Virus record (IMG/VR): IMGVR_UViG_3300028888_000061
Coordinates: 32,001 to 96,000 of that record
DNA: 64,000 nucleotides
Direction: 5' to 3' (one strand)
Source: a virus
Taxonomy: Duplodnaviria; Caudoviricetes
Position numbers and translations under genes: made by a program. The first letter of the stretch is position 1. Every line of letters starts with the position of its first letter. The notes below the pieces were generated by a model. The model saw nothing but the letters and a program-made list of their open reading frames with translations, was not told the origin of the DNA and did no database searches. Below are positions 49,689 through 58,037 of the stretch, piece by piece.

Positions 49689-50177
49689 TCAAGATAGGAA
49701 ACGTCCAGATTCTTCAAGATACGCAAAGAATTGAGTGTCGTTCATGCCTACAGTTTTCAGCGGATTATATTCCAACGTATGTGCTTCATCCGCATCGTAT
49801 TCGTCCATCAGCAAATCAACGATTTCGTTGTACGCATTAACCTGATGGACACCATGATGTTTTCTCCACGAGCATTCAATCCAAAACTGATTTTCGACGA
49901 TGATGTAAGTATGCGTTGCAATCATGCGTCCGTTTTTATGCAATCCCGTGAAGTAACAGCGATATTCGAGCCAATGACGCTGTATTGCACTCGCTTCTGC
50001 AACCACGAAATCCCAGCACACGCCGCCACCCGCTTGCTTCAGTTCCGATGGAGATTTGATGTGGTCGAAACCAACATCATCGTAATCGTATGCGACAAGA
50101 CGATCATGCAAGCGTTTGAGGTATTTTGAGATTAAGTGCATTAGAGGATGCTCCAGGAAGAAACTCAAAATGAACAA
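49689..50177 (-). CDS. Transglutaminase/papain-like protein
   Basis: GVCWDFV...THTY...WIE Cys-His-acid pattern; start uncertain. Confidence 0.55.
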   Translation of the reverse strand: MFILSFFLEHPLMHLISKYLKRLHDRLVAYDYDDVGFDHIKSPSELKQAGGGVCWDFVVAEASAIQRHWLEYRCYFTGLHKNGRMIATHTYIIVENQFWIECSWRKHHGVHQVNAYNEIVDLLMDEYDADEAHTLEYNPLKTVGMNDTQFFAYLEESGRFLS

Positions 50178-50278
50178 ATAAAAAGTCAGGTCTCTTTGTA
50201 ATTTCGACAGACTTCAAATATCCTGACACACTTGCATTGATAAACTTCAAGGTAACAAGTATGCCTTCCACATGTCCA

Positions 50279-50662
50279 TTACGGCAGCACATCACACGAA
50301 GATAACACGTGCTGCCGTATGGCAATCCAATCCACATGACCGTCAACCATAGGAATGCCTAACCCATGGTCGTCAATGTAAAGGTCGGCACCTACTTTTG
50401 TTTGTCCACCATATAGTTCACGTGACTGTGGATTGTCGTTTACTGCGTATAGTTGGATTCCACGTGATTTACACCAATCGACGGCCTCTGAGAGCGTGTC
50501 ATGTCCGTCATGCAGAACATGCGTCCTGCATGTGTGAAGAATAATCTTATGACCAAGGCTCACAAAAAGTTTGAGAACCTCAACCGCAAATGGAATTTCT
50601 TCACCGATACGAGGATAATCCTCTTTCACGAGGGTTCCGTCAAAATCAACAGCAATAATCAT
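50279..50662 (-). CDS. HAD-superfamily phosphatase
   Basis: IIAVDFDGTL, L.TCR, K..ADLYIDD. Confidence 0.88.
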   Translation of the reverse strand: MIIAVDFDGTLVKEDYPRIGEEIPFAVEVLKLFVSLGHKIILHTCRTHVLHDGHDTLSEAVDWCKSRGIQLYAVNDNPQSRELYGGQTKVGADLYIDDHGLGIPMVDGHVDWIAIRQHVLSSCDVLP

Positions 50663-51422
50663 ACTCCAACTCCTCTTCTTCACAAGATTCCTCGTCTTTA
50701 CAAGATTCCTCTTCGATACAGTCCCGAAGATGTTCAGACAAATCTTCTAGGTCATCAGCAAACGAACGTAGTTCAGAAATAAAATCCTGAATACACTCCA
50801 AATCACAGTCTTCAGGAGTATTGCCTCTCGCAAACTGAGACAAGGCTAAAAAAGTTCCATTCTCTCCTTCCATACTGTGCATGTTATTTAACAACGGAAT
50901 GTTGCTCACTCGTTTTGAATAACGATTATAAACGTCAAAAAGCCGTTTCAAATCATCGACAGTGACAACAACCGAATGACGCTTATAACCACACATAACA
51001 TGTTCCATCTTTGTGATGGAACCTATCGGACGTAACACGTATCCATCGACCGCAAGAACGTCCAGAGTGTTCGTGCTTTCATTGAAAGACACAATCACAG
51101 GGTGGTCAATGTCTGCGAAAATGTCCGAACGGTGACATCCCCCGTGAACATAAATTGCACTATGTTTAAGGTTTTCGACAAGGGACGCATCATCAATCTT
51201 ACGGATATAAACACCACAAGAAGACGATGAAACAAAGCCATCAATGATTGTGGAGAATGTGTCTATGTGCTCCAAATCGGAGAACTTGAGTTCGTGATTG
51301 AACACGTACTCTTGTTTTGCATTATGTACTGTTGGAAAGTCATCAAGAAGACGGCTTTTTCGGAGTGATTCATTATGGTTTCTGGTGTAGGACTTGATGA
51401 TGTTCTCAAAGCTGTAGTTCAT
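50646..51422 (-). CDS. Hypothetical protein
   Basis: AAGGAGG RBS. Confidence 0.75.
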   Translation of the reverse strand: MNYSFENIIKSYTRNHNESLRKSRLLDDFPTVHNAKQEYVFNHELKFSDLEHIDTFSTIIDGFVSSSSCGVYIRKIDDASLVENLKHSAIYVHGGCHRSDIFADIDHPVIVSFNESTNTLDVLAVDGYVLRPIGSITKMEHVMCGYKRHSVVVTVDDLKRLFDVYNRYSKRVSNIPLLNNMHSMEGENGTFLALSQFARGNTPEDCDLECIQDFISELRSFADDLEDLSEHLRDCIEEESCKDEESCEEEELEYDYCC

Positions 51423-51477
51423 GGTTGCCTCCTTATGGCATCATGTTCGACGGACACCCTATCCGTCAGACAAGCCC

Positions 51478-51518
51478 TTTATACCACAAGAGACAGAGCA
51501 CAAACGAAACAGCACCAC
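51478..51518 (-). promoter_or_regulatory. Box promoter
   Basis: GTGGTGCTG-N26-TATAAA, spacer ends TTGTGG. Confidence 0.75.
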
Positions 51519-51519
51519 G

Positions 51520-51551
51520 AAAAAAGGGATGCAGAATTGCATCCCTTTTTT
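51520..51551 (-). terminator. Intrinsic terminator
   Basis: AAAAAGGGATGCA/TGCATCCCTTTTT. Confidence 0.75.
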
Positions 51552-51572
51552 CGACAGGAAAATGGACTACGA

Positions 51573-52307
51573 CTACATCACGAAGTTTCCTTCAAGTGCT
51601 TTTGTGTCAACCGGCGCGGCAGGAACTGCAGGAGCAGATGCCTGTACGTTCGACATCTGACCACCGTTTATGAATGAACGGTATTTGTCAATGTTAAACC
51701 TGACACCGACCGCATCAAACAACTCATTAACATGAGCACTCAGCGTATCAGACACCCATTTTTTAAACTCAGGAACCTGCTGATAGAGACATGCAGAAGA
51801 ACCTGCCATGGATTCAAGACCACCGGCGAATTGTCCAGTCGTAGGTGTAAGAATCCAATCTCGTGTCATAATATCGCCGTTCGCAAAACTGTCTGCCATG
51901 CGTTTGTTGTACGTCTGGAAATGAACACTCCAAACGTAGATACGAAGGTTTTTCAGACTAATATCGCTCACGATGGCACGAACAGGGTCAGCAAGACCTT
52001 CATACGACAAAACAGGGAACAGAATACGACGTGTGGTATCCACATCAGGATTACTTGACATGTGTTTACAGCATTCACCCTGGTCGCACAAAATCGTACC
52101 GAACCCTTTGAGATAGTGCTGCTGATATCCAAGACCACCGTCAGTCAGGAAGGCAATACGTGTTTTACGTTGAGGGTCAAGTTTGAGCTTGTTAATGGAA
52201 AATTCGTCAATGACAGAACCTGCCGGGATATACGATGCAATCCCACCAAAACCGATGCTGTCTGAACTGAGAAGCGATTTGACATCTACCATAGTGTTTT
52301 CGGACAT
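51573..52307 (-). CDS. Putative single-stranded DNA-binding protein (gp32-like)
   Basis: KL...KTRIAFL, H..C..CC Zn site, R..FPVL.Y, flexible C-terminal tail. Confidence 0.55.
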   Translation of the reverse strand: MSENTMVDVKSLLSSDSIGFGGIASYIPAGSVIDEFSINKLKLDPQRKTRIAFLTDGGLGYQQHYLKGFGTILCDQGECCKHMSSNPDVDTTRRILFPVLSYEGLADPVRAIVSDISLKNLRIYVWSVHFQTYNKRMADSFANGDIMTRDWILTPTTGQFAGGLESMAGSSACLYQQVPEFKKWVSDTLSAHVNELFDAVGVRFNIDKYRSFINGGQMSNVQASAPAVPAAPVDTKALEGNFVM

Positions 52308-52476
52308 TTCTTTTTCTCCAAGCGAAAGTTAAGTTTTGTGTACTTATACGTGAGTAACCAAACAAAATCACGTACCCTGTCCAGAATACTGGAACTCGGA
52401 CGACACCGTAGCAAAGACCCGTGTGCCTCGACGTTTCTATGCGCATTCTCGAAACGTCTCAGCGAACACAAGAGGG

Positions 52477-52517
52477 GTTATAACACAGATTTGAACAGAT
52501 GTGAACAACAGCACCAC
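52477..52517 (-). promoter_or_regulatory. Box promoter
   Basis: GTGGTGCTG-N26-TATAAC, spacer ends CTGTGT. Confidence 0.72.
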
Positions 52518-52546
52518 GACAAATGCATTTTCTTTTCACACACGCA

Positions 52547-52978
52547 TCAGACACCCGTATGACCGAATCCTCCTGAACCACGCTCCGTGGTTTTATCGAC
52601 AGAAACCACCTGATGAAAATCCACGGTCTCATGCTTCATTACGACCATCTGTGCGATACGGTCTCCTATCGCAATGATAAACGGCTTCTGGCTCACATTG
52701 CACAGAATGACACCAACCTCACCCGTGTAATCAGAATCTACCGTTCCAGGGCTGTTTAAAACAAACACACCGTGTTTTGCAGCAAGACCACTTCTGGAAC
52801 GTATCTCGACATGATAACCTTTCGGAATGTCCATACGCAGTCCTGTACGAACGACACGAAACTCATTTGGTAAAAGCATCACTGCCTCGGCAGAACACAA
52901 ATCCGCACCTGCAGCTTCCTCTGTCGAATAAACCGGCAGCTTGGCTGTCCCAATCATTAACTCAATTCCAATGTCCAT
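52547..52978 (-). CDS. dut: Trimeric dUTPase
   Basis: AGADL, RSGLA, GTVDSDYTG, GDRIAQ, RGSGGFGHTG. Confidence 0.95.
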   Translation of the reverse strand: MDIGIELMIGTAKLPVYSTEEAAGADLCSAEAVMLLPNEFRVVRTGLRMDIPKGYHVEIRSRSGLAAKHGVFVLNSPGTVDSDYTGEVGVILCNVSQKPFIIAIGDRIAQMVVMKHETVDFHQVVSVDKTTERGSGGFGHTGV

Positions 52979-53010
52979 GAAAATCTCCAAAAATGGAACA
53001 CGTCCGTAAA

Positions 53011-53102
53011 GGGGTCTAATTTGCGTTCTGACGCATTTTTTACTTTAGACGTGTACTTACTAGGGTAAGGTCGTAACTTTTTAGTACAGGGCAAATTTGA
53101 CC
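53011..53102 (+). repeat. ~92-bp palindromic element, copy A
   Basis: AATTTGCGTTCTGACG...AGACGTGTACTTACTAGGGTA...TACAGGGCAAATTT. Confidence 0.85.
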
Positions 53103-53119
53103 GCTCTGTGTTTGAAATG

Positions 53120-53860
53120 TCACAGGGTTATCTGACAGGGGATGGTCATCGTCTCTCTGATACGTTTTATCTGCGTCCACAAATTGCGTGCTTCCTGTTC
53201 GATTTCATCTTTTGTTCTGTCCTTGTTCCAGTCAAGGGTAATAACATGAGAGAACCGTGACAGATTTGAAGTGAGCTCTCGGTACTCTGCGATAAGTCCT
53301 TCCATGTACTCACGCGGTATGCTGCTCTCGCACTTCCGTTTTTCTTTCTCGCTGATACGCTGTGCAAGACGGCGCATCGAAGTGTCCGGTGAAACATCCA
53401 GGTAAACAAAGCATTGCGGGTACATAATCTCCCGAGACATGTTGTGGAACAGCTCAAAGTAGCAGTCTGCTTCATCATGCGTCATATCGCCGGACTTTTC
53501 GAGTTTGCACACAAAAATCGAATCCGACCAGATAGAGCTGTCGGCGACAGAGTTTTCTCCGTTCATTGCCATCGACTGAGCAAGACGTGTCTGCTCCAAG
53601 CGTTTGTTCAAAAGGTAAATCTGAATCGTAAACGCCCATCTCGGAACGTCCTTGTAGTACAAAGCAAGGAATGGATTCTTTGACCCCTCATCGTCTTCGG
53701 TAGCAGGCTCAAACATTGTCCTGCATGGTTTCCCTGTATCTTCTGCAATCGCTTTGGCTAAAGCACGACAAAATGAGGTCTTGCCGGAAGCAATGCACCC
53801 GATGACAGGAATATGAACTCCTGATGGATAAACGGCGCAGCGAAAATTTGAAATGGTCAT
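53120..53860 (-). CDS. Deoxynucleoside kinase
   Basis: GCIASGKTS, EP...NPFL.LYY.D..RWAF..Q, YLD, RI..R..E. Confidence 0.9.
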   Translation of the reverse strand: MTISNFRCAVYPSGVHIPVIGCIASGKTSFCRALAKAIAEDTGKPCRTMFEPATEDDEGSKNPFLALYYKDVPRWAFTIQIYLLNKRLEQTRLAQSMAMNGENSVADSSIWSDSIFVCKLEKSGDMTHDEADCYFELFHNMSREIMYPQCFVYLDVSPDTSMRRLAQRISEKEKRKCESSIPREYMEGLIAEYRELTSNLSRFSHVITLDWNKDRTKDEIEQEARNLWTQIKRIRETMTIPCQITL

Positions 53861-54045
53861 TGGAATCTCCTTGCTTTGCAGTGAACAAAACAGCGAACAG
53901 TGTGTCCGCAACACTATGCCTGTCTGATACGAACAATGTGGTTTTAGCGTCAACAATAACAGGTGCATTCGTTCGACAAACACGATTAAGACAGAAAGTC
54001 ATTTTCGTCAACAAAGAACAGCAAAAAACAAAACACGTCCATAAA

Positions 54046-54136
54046 GGGGTCTAATTTGCCCTGTATGCGATTTTATGACACAGACGTGTACTTACTAGGG
54101 TATGTTCAAAATCGTCGTCAGAACGCAAATTTTGGC
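54046..54136 (+). repeat. ~92-bp palindromic element, copy B
   Basis: AATTTGCCCTGTA...AGACGTGTACTTACTAGGGTA...CGTCAGAACGCAAATTT. Confidence 0.85.
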
Positions 54137-54159
54137 TGCCATGCTGCGAAGTTTAAGGT

Positions 54160-54600
54160 TTGGTGCGGGCAGAGGGTTAAAACCCCACCAAAGAATTCGA
54201 GGTGCATATCCACAGGGTGCGGGCAGAAGGTTAAAATCAAAGTAACGACCACAAACAGGAGCGAAACAAGGGTCACGACTACGTTCTTGATGACAGCATT
54301 GTTCAAACCATGACTATGTTTTTCCACAGGATAATTTTTCAGGATGCGATGCTAGAGCATAAGTTACGACTACGATCTTAACGACAGGATGCTGATGCTT
54401 ACGCATGACATGACTTGACTACGTTCTTGATTACAGGTGAAGACTTTACAGGAATTCGAGCTTGAACGCTCTTTGACATGACTATGTTCTTTACTACAGG
54501 ATGTGATGCTTACGCATGGCATGGCATGACTATGTTCTTTCAACAGGATGATTTCAGGATGTGATGCTAAAACATGACATGGCATGACTAAGAACGTCAC
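54160..54600. repeat. Iteron-like direct repeats
   Basis: GGTGCGGGCAGA(G/A)GGTTAAAA twice; about six copies of GACTA(C/T)GTTCTT-N3-5-ACAGG, several followed by GATGCT. Confidence 0.8.
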
Positions 54601-54609
54601 TTTAAGATT

Positions 54610-54880
54610 TTTGCAAACCTTCAAAAATACGTTCATCTCCTTGATTTTATTGACATTTTAAATTTATTTCACTTTGGCATGTTTTGTGCAATATATTATA
54701 TAATCAAAGTTAATACAATCTAATCTTTCTCTCTTTCTCCTCACTTTCTATCGAAAGTGATTATATTGGATTACTTTTGATTATATAATATATTGCACAT
54801 AGTATGCCAAAATTTAAAAAATTTTTAAAAGTGTTGAAATTGTTGAAGTTCAGACAGTTTTCAGAAAATTTTGAAAGCTG
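54610..54880. other. AT-rich large inverted repeat; candidate replication origin
   Basis: TGTGCAATATATTATATAATCAAA / TTTGATTATATAATATATTGCACA perfect 24 bp; gene strand and base skew switch here. Confidence 0.65.
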
Positions 54881-55075
54881 AAAAAGCTGAAGAAAAAGTG
54901 CGAATTTTGGTTGAGGACAAATTTTATGGAAGTTAATACGGCTGGCATGATTTTTGCTAGAAGACTTGTACGTAAGTACTCATCCACCTGTGAACTATGA
55001 TTTTGGTTAAAGACCGATTCAGGCATATTCCTGTTTTGCTTTACTTTGAATGGAATTTGCTGTATCAGAAAATTT

Positions 55076-55126
55076 GTGTGGCTAGGGTAGCTACCGAAAA
55101 GACGTAAAGCCTAACGTCCGCCACAC
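55076..55126 (+). promoter_or_regulatory. Three-way-junction leader RNA, copy 2
   Basis: GTGTGGC-TAGG-N7-CCGAAAA-GACGT/ACGTC-C-GCCACAC. Confidence 0.6.
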
Positions 55127-55187
55127 TCTCTTTTTAGAGATGACTCAGGCACGTATTTGAGGCTGAATACCGTTAAAATTTCACGCC

Positions 55188-56051
55188 TTGAACTTTAACA
55201 GATGCGATTGGGAAACCCACCGCTTTCGTATTTCCTGTATGGAGTGTTTTATGTTCGAGACTGCACGCACAGATACTTCCTGTGCATCAAAGACTTTGTT
55301 TTCGATGGCTGTAAAGATTTGTGGTATACAGACATTGATAACTGAGTTAGGTACTTTGGTATCATCCAAGGACGTTGGAGCTTCCTGTGACGATAATGCT
55401 GATGAACTGTTTACCTCGGATGTTCAGTTTGTTGGAATCAAGCAGAGGCCATTGAATGAGTCTGTCTGTTCTGCATTACGGAGAGAATCCTGGTGTCTGT
55501 TGAATCATGTTCCAATTCCTCTGTCGCTTGAATTTTACAGAGACCTTCAAAGTGCTACTTTTGAGTTTGGTTCTTTTCTGAACGATACCAGGACTTCATC
55601 TGTTTCTTCTTGTCCCATTGGAAAATTTCGTTCGTCGAAGTTGTTTTTCTCTCTTGACCTTTATCGTGATTTTGCCATTTCTCGTTCCGCTTCTGAGAAT
55701 GGCGACTGTCGCCTTTATCTGTCGATTTCCAACATCTTGTCCCAATGGGATACCTCAATTTTTGAAACGCTTCTTAATGAATCGGATGTCACCTCGATAT
55801 CTTACGCGCTCTCGCAGCTTGTCGGTAAAAAAGAATCTGCTTTAGAACTCAGTAATGGAACGCAGAAGGCTCTTTATCGTTACGTGCTCGCTTTCCGCTC
55901 GGCTTTACCTGATAGTTATCTCCGCCTGTTCTCTTACCGGTCAAAGTACGTTGCGTTCTATCCGTACAAAACTTTAAAGCTCCTTGGATTTCCTCCTGTT
56001 GTTGAATTTGAAGGGATGATTAAGAATAACTTACTTGGTATTGTGGAGTAA
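55188..56051 (+). CDS. Hypothetical protein (start may be ATG 55251)
   Basis: 287-aa ORF; GGAG before 55251. Confidence 0.7.
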   Translation: MNFNRCDWETHRFRISCMECFMFETARTDTSCASKTLFSMAVKICGIQTLITELGTLVSSKDVGASCDDNADELFTSDVQFVGIKQRPLNESVCSALRRESWCLLNHVPIPLSLEFYRDLQSATFEFGSFLNDTRTSSVSSCPIGKFRSSKLFFSLDLYRDFAISRSASENGDCRLYLSISNILSQWDTSIFETLLNESDVTSISYALSQLVGKKESALELSNGTQKALYRYVLAFRSALPDSYLRLFSYRSKYVAFYPYKTLKLLGFPPVVEFEGMIKNNLLGIVE

Positions 56052-56159
56052 GAAGGATTTTGTTTGGCTTGTGGCATTTGCTTTTATCAGACTGATGGTA
56101 TGGGTTTTTGCCCAATCAAAGTTGTGAGCAGGAAACCCCCACGTTTGGAGAATTTGAGT

Positions 56160-57689
56160 ATGGCAAAACGTAAAACGAAGAGTGATGAAATTGTGAGTAC
56201 GGTTGCATTGGAAACCCCTGTGGAGAACATGGAAACCTCTGTGGAAACCCCTGTAAGGAAATCGAAAAAGGTTAAGACCGAGAAAACGGAGAAGACCGAG
56301 AAGACCGAGAAGACAGAGAAGACAGAGAAGACGGCATGTCAGTCATCTGATGTGGAGTCTTTATCTCTTGTTGCTGATTCAGAAGTTCAGGCAACTGAAC
56401 CTCAGGAGTCATTGCATGACGCTACGGAAACCGCAACCGAGGAACCTGAACCTTTCCGTATTGCTGCTGTTCCCGGTAAACCGCAAGAGTCTAACGATGA
56501 TGATTCTGTGATACAGCTTGTACCAGATACGGATGCTCAAACACAAGCAGAGGCGGATGCTGAGCAGGAACCTTTCCGTGTGGTTGATGTTCCGCCAAAC
56601 AGCATATCGTCGGATGATTACGATGCACGTCAGAGCATTAGCGTACCTGTTACGGAGAAACGTAAGGATGAGGGTTATCTTCGGTTAAACAAACCGAAAC
56701 TCGGTATGCTTATGGTTAAACCAGAACTTGAGGATTCTGTCGAAAGCAATGATGTTTCCTTAGTCGGTGAGTCTGATGAGAATGATTCCGATGAAAATCA
56801 GCCTGATGCAGAGGATGCTGCACAGCAGGATATGGATGATTTCTTTGTCGTTCACAGGCATGTGTCTGCTGATGATGTTCCGCAGGATTGTGCTGATTCG
56901 GGTGAACCTGATGAAATGATTCCTGATGAACCTGATGAACCTGATGAACTGGATGATTTTACTGATGAGCCGAGTGATTATTTGGATGACGATGACGTGG
57001 AGGATGAACCTTGTGACCAGGATAATTCCTCTTATCCATCGTGTCTTGAACCACCTGCCTGTCCTGTGTTTGTTTGTAAGGGTGTTTTTGACTTACCGTT
57101 CGTCAAAAAATCTTCGTCAGACAAGTGTTATCTTGTACCTGATGGAAAGAATGAAAAGTTGCGTTTCGAGCGTTCTTACACGGTGAAGAAATCACGTCCT
57201 TACAGACGTGATTTGAACTATGAGCTTGAGGATACGTGTATCGCTGATATGCCTTATTACTGCTTCGACGGTCACGTTGTAGGCATGGCTCACGAGTTCG
57301 ACCCACTGTCCGGGATGTACATGAATGAGGTTTACACGACACGCGGTGTGTATTCTTTCAGAACGTGTTCAGAATTACCTGAGCGTTCAGGTTCGTATGA
57401 TGACTTTTTTCAGACGATTTTGAACACCCTCATTCTCTACGATGCAGAGTTTACTCCGTTATGTGATTTGTCTGGGTATGACTGTACTTCTGTGGACAGT
57501 GAATGCGATGACATTTCCGTTGTGTGTATGGGTGTGCTTGAGGTGTGTGGTGTTCGTTATGGTATGCGTTCCGACTGCACAGTTGATTTTGAAAGCGTGA
57601 TTAGAGCTTTGTGGGAAATCATAAATACAGATGACTCCGATGAAGACCTTGGATTTTATCGTGCGTATTTTAAACTTTTAGGAGACTGA
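56160..57689 (+). CDS. Very acidic, largely disordered protein with KTE and EPDE repeats
   Basis: Composition; GGAG RBS. Confidence 0.75.
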   Translation: MAKRKTKSDEIVSTVALETPVENMETSVETPVRKSKKVKTEKTEKTEKTEKTEKTEKTACQSSDVESLSLVADSEVQATEPQESLHDATETATEEPEPFRIAAVPGKPQESNDDDSVIQLVPDTDAQTQAEADAEQEPFRVVDVPPNSISSDDYDARQSISVPVTEKRKDEGYLRLNKPKLGMLMVKPELEDSVESNDVSLVGESDENDSDENQPDAEDAAQQDMDDFFVVHRHVSADDVPQDCADSGEPDEMIPDEPDEPDELDDFTDEPSDYLDDDDVEDEPCDQDNSSYPSCLEPPACPVFVCKGVFDLPFVKKSSSDKCYLVPDGKNEKLRFERSYTVKKSRPYRRDLNYELEDTCIADMPYYCFDGHVVGMAHEFDPLSGMYMNEVYTTRGVYSFRTCSELPERSGSYDDFFQTILNTLILYDAEFTPLCDLSGYDCTSVDSECDDISVVCMGVLEVCGVRYGMRSDCTVDFESVIRALWEIINTDDSDEDLGFYRAYFKLLGD

Positions 57690-57690
57690 G

Positions 57691-57924
57691 ATGAAAAAAG
57701 ATAACGTGTTTTCCTATGTGTATGAGAATACCGACTTGTCTGTGTTCCATGAGTATCCGAATAATGTGTCCATCGTGTGTTCTGACGGTAGTGTTCAGAA
57801 CATTGTGAACATGCACTCAAAGTCTCTTGGCGAGGTGATTACTAATGTGAACGCTCAAGACATTACGTTTTTTGAGTTTGACCGAGAGGGTGTTCAGACG
57901 GTAGTTGTGCTTCCTGATAACTGA
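57691..57924 (+). CDS. Hypothetical protein
   Basis: AGGAG RBS. Confidence 0.7.
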   Translation: MKKDNVFSYVYENTDLSVFHEYPNNVSIVCSDGSVQNIVNMHSKSLGEVITNVNAQDITFFEFDREGVQTVVVLPDN

Positions 57925-57929
57925 CTTTC

Positions 57930-57971
57930 GTGGTGCTGTGTGTTCTGGTTACTTTAGTTTTGTGTTAAAAG
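57930..57971 (+). promoter_or_regulatory. Box promoter for recA
   Basis: GTGGTGCTG-N27-TAAAAG, spacer ends TTGTGT; on the + strand like its gene. Confidence 0.65.
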
Positions 57972-58037
57972 GCATGATGCGGTAAAGGTGTCATGCCTTT
58001 GTTTTTACTGTCCCATTTACTTTTGTTCGGAGAAGTT

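Noticed and set aside
54270-54600. CRISPR mini-array
   Set aside because: Repeats are degenerate, spacing is irregular, the intervening sequences are themselves repetitive, and there are no cas genes
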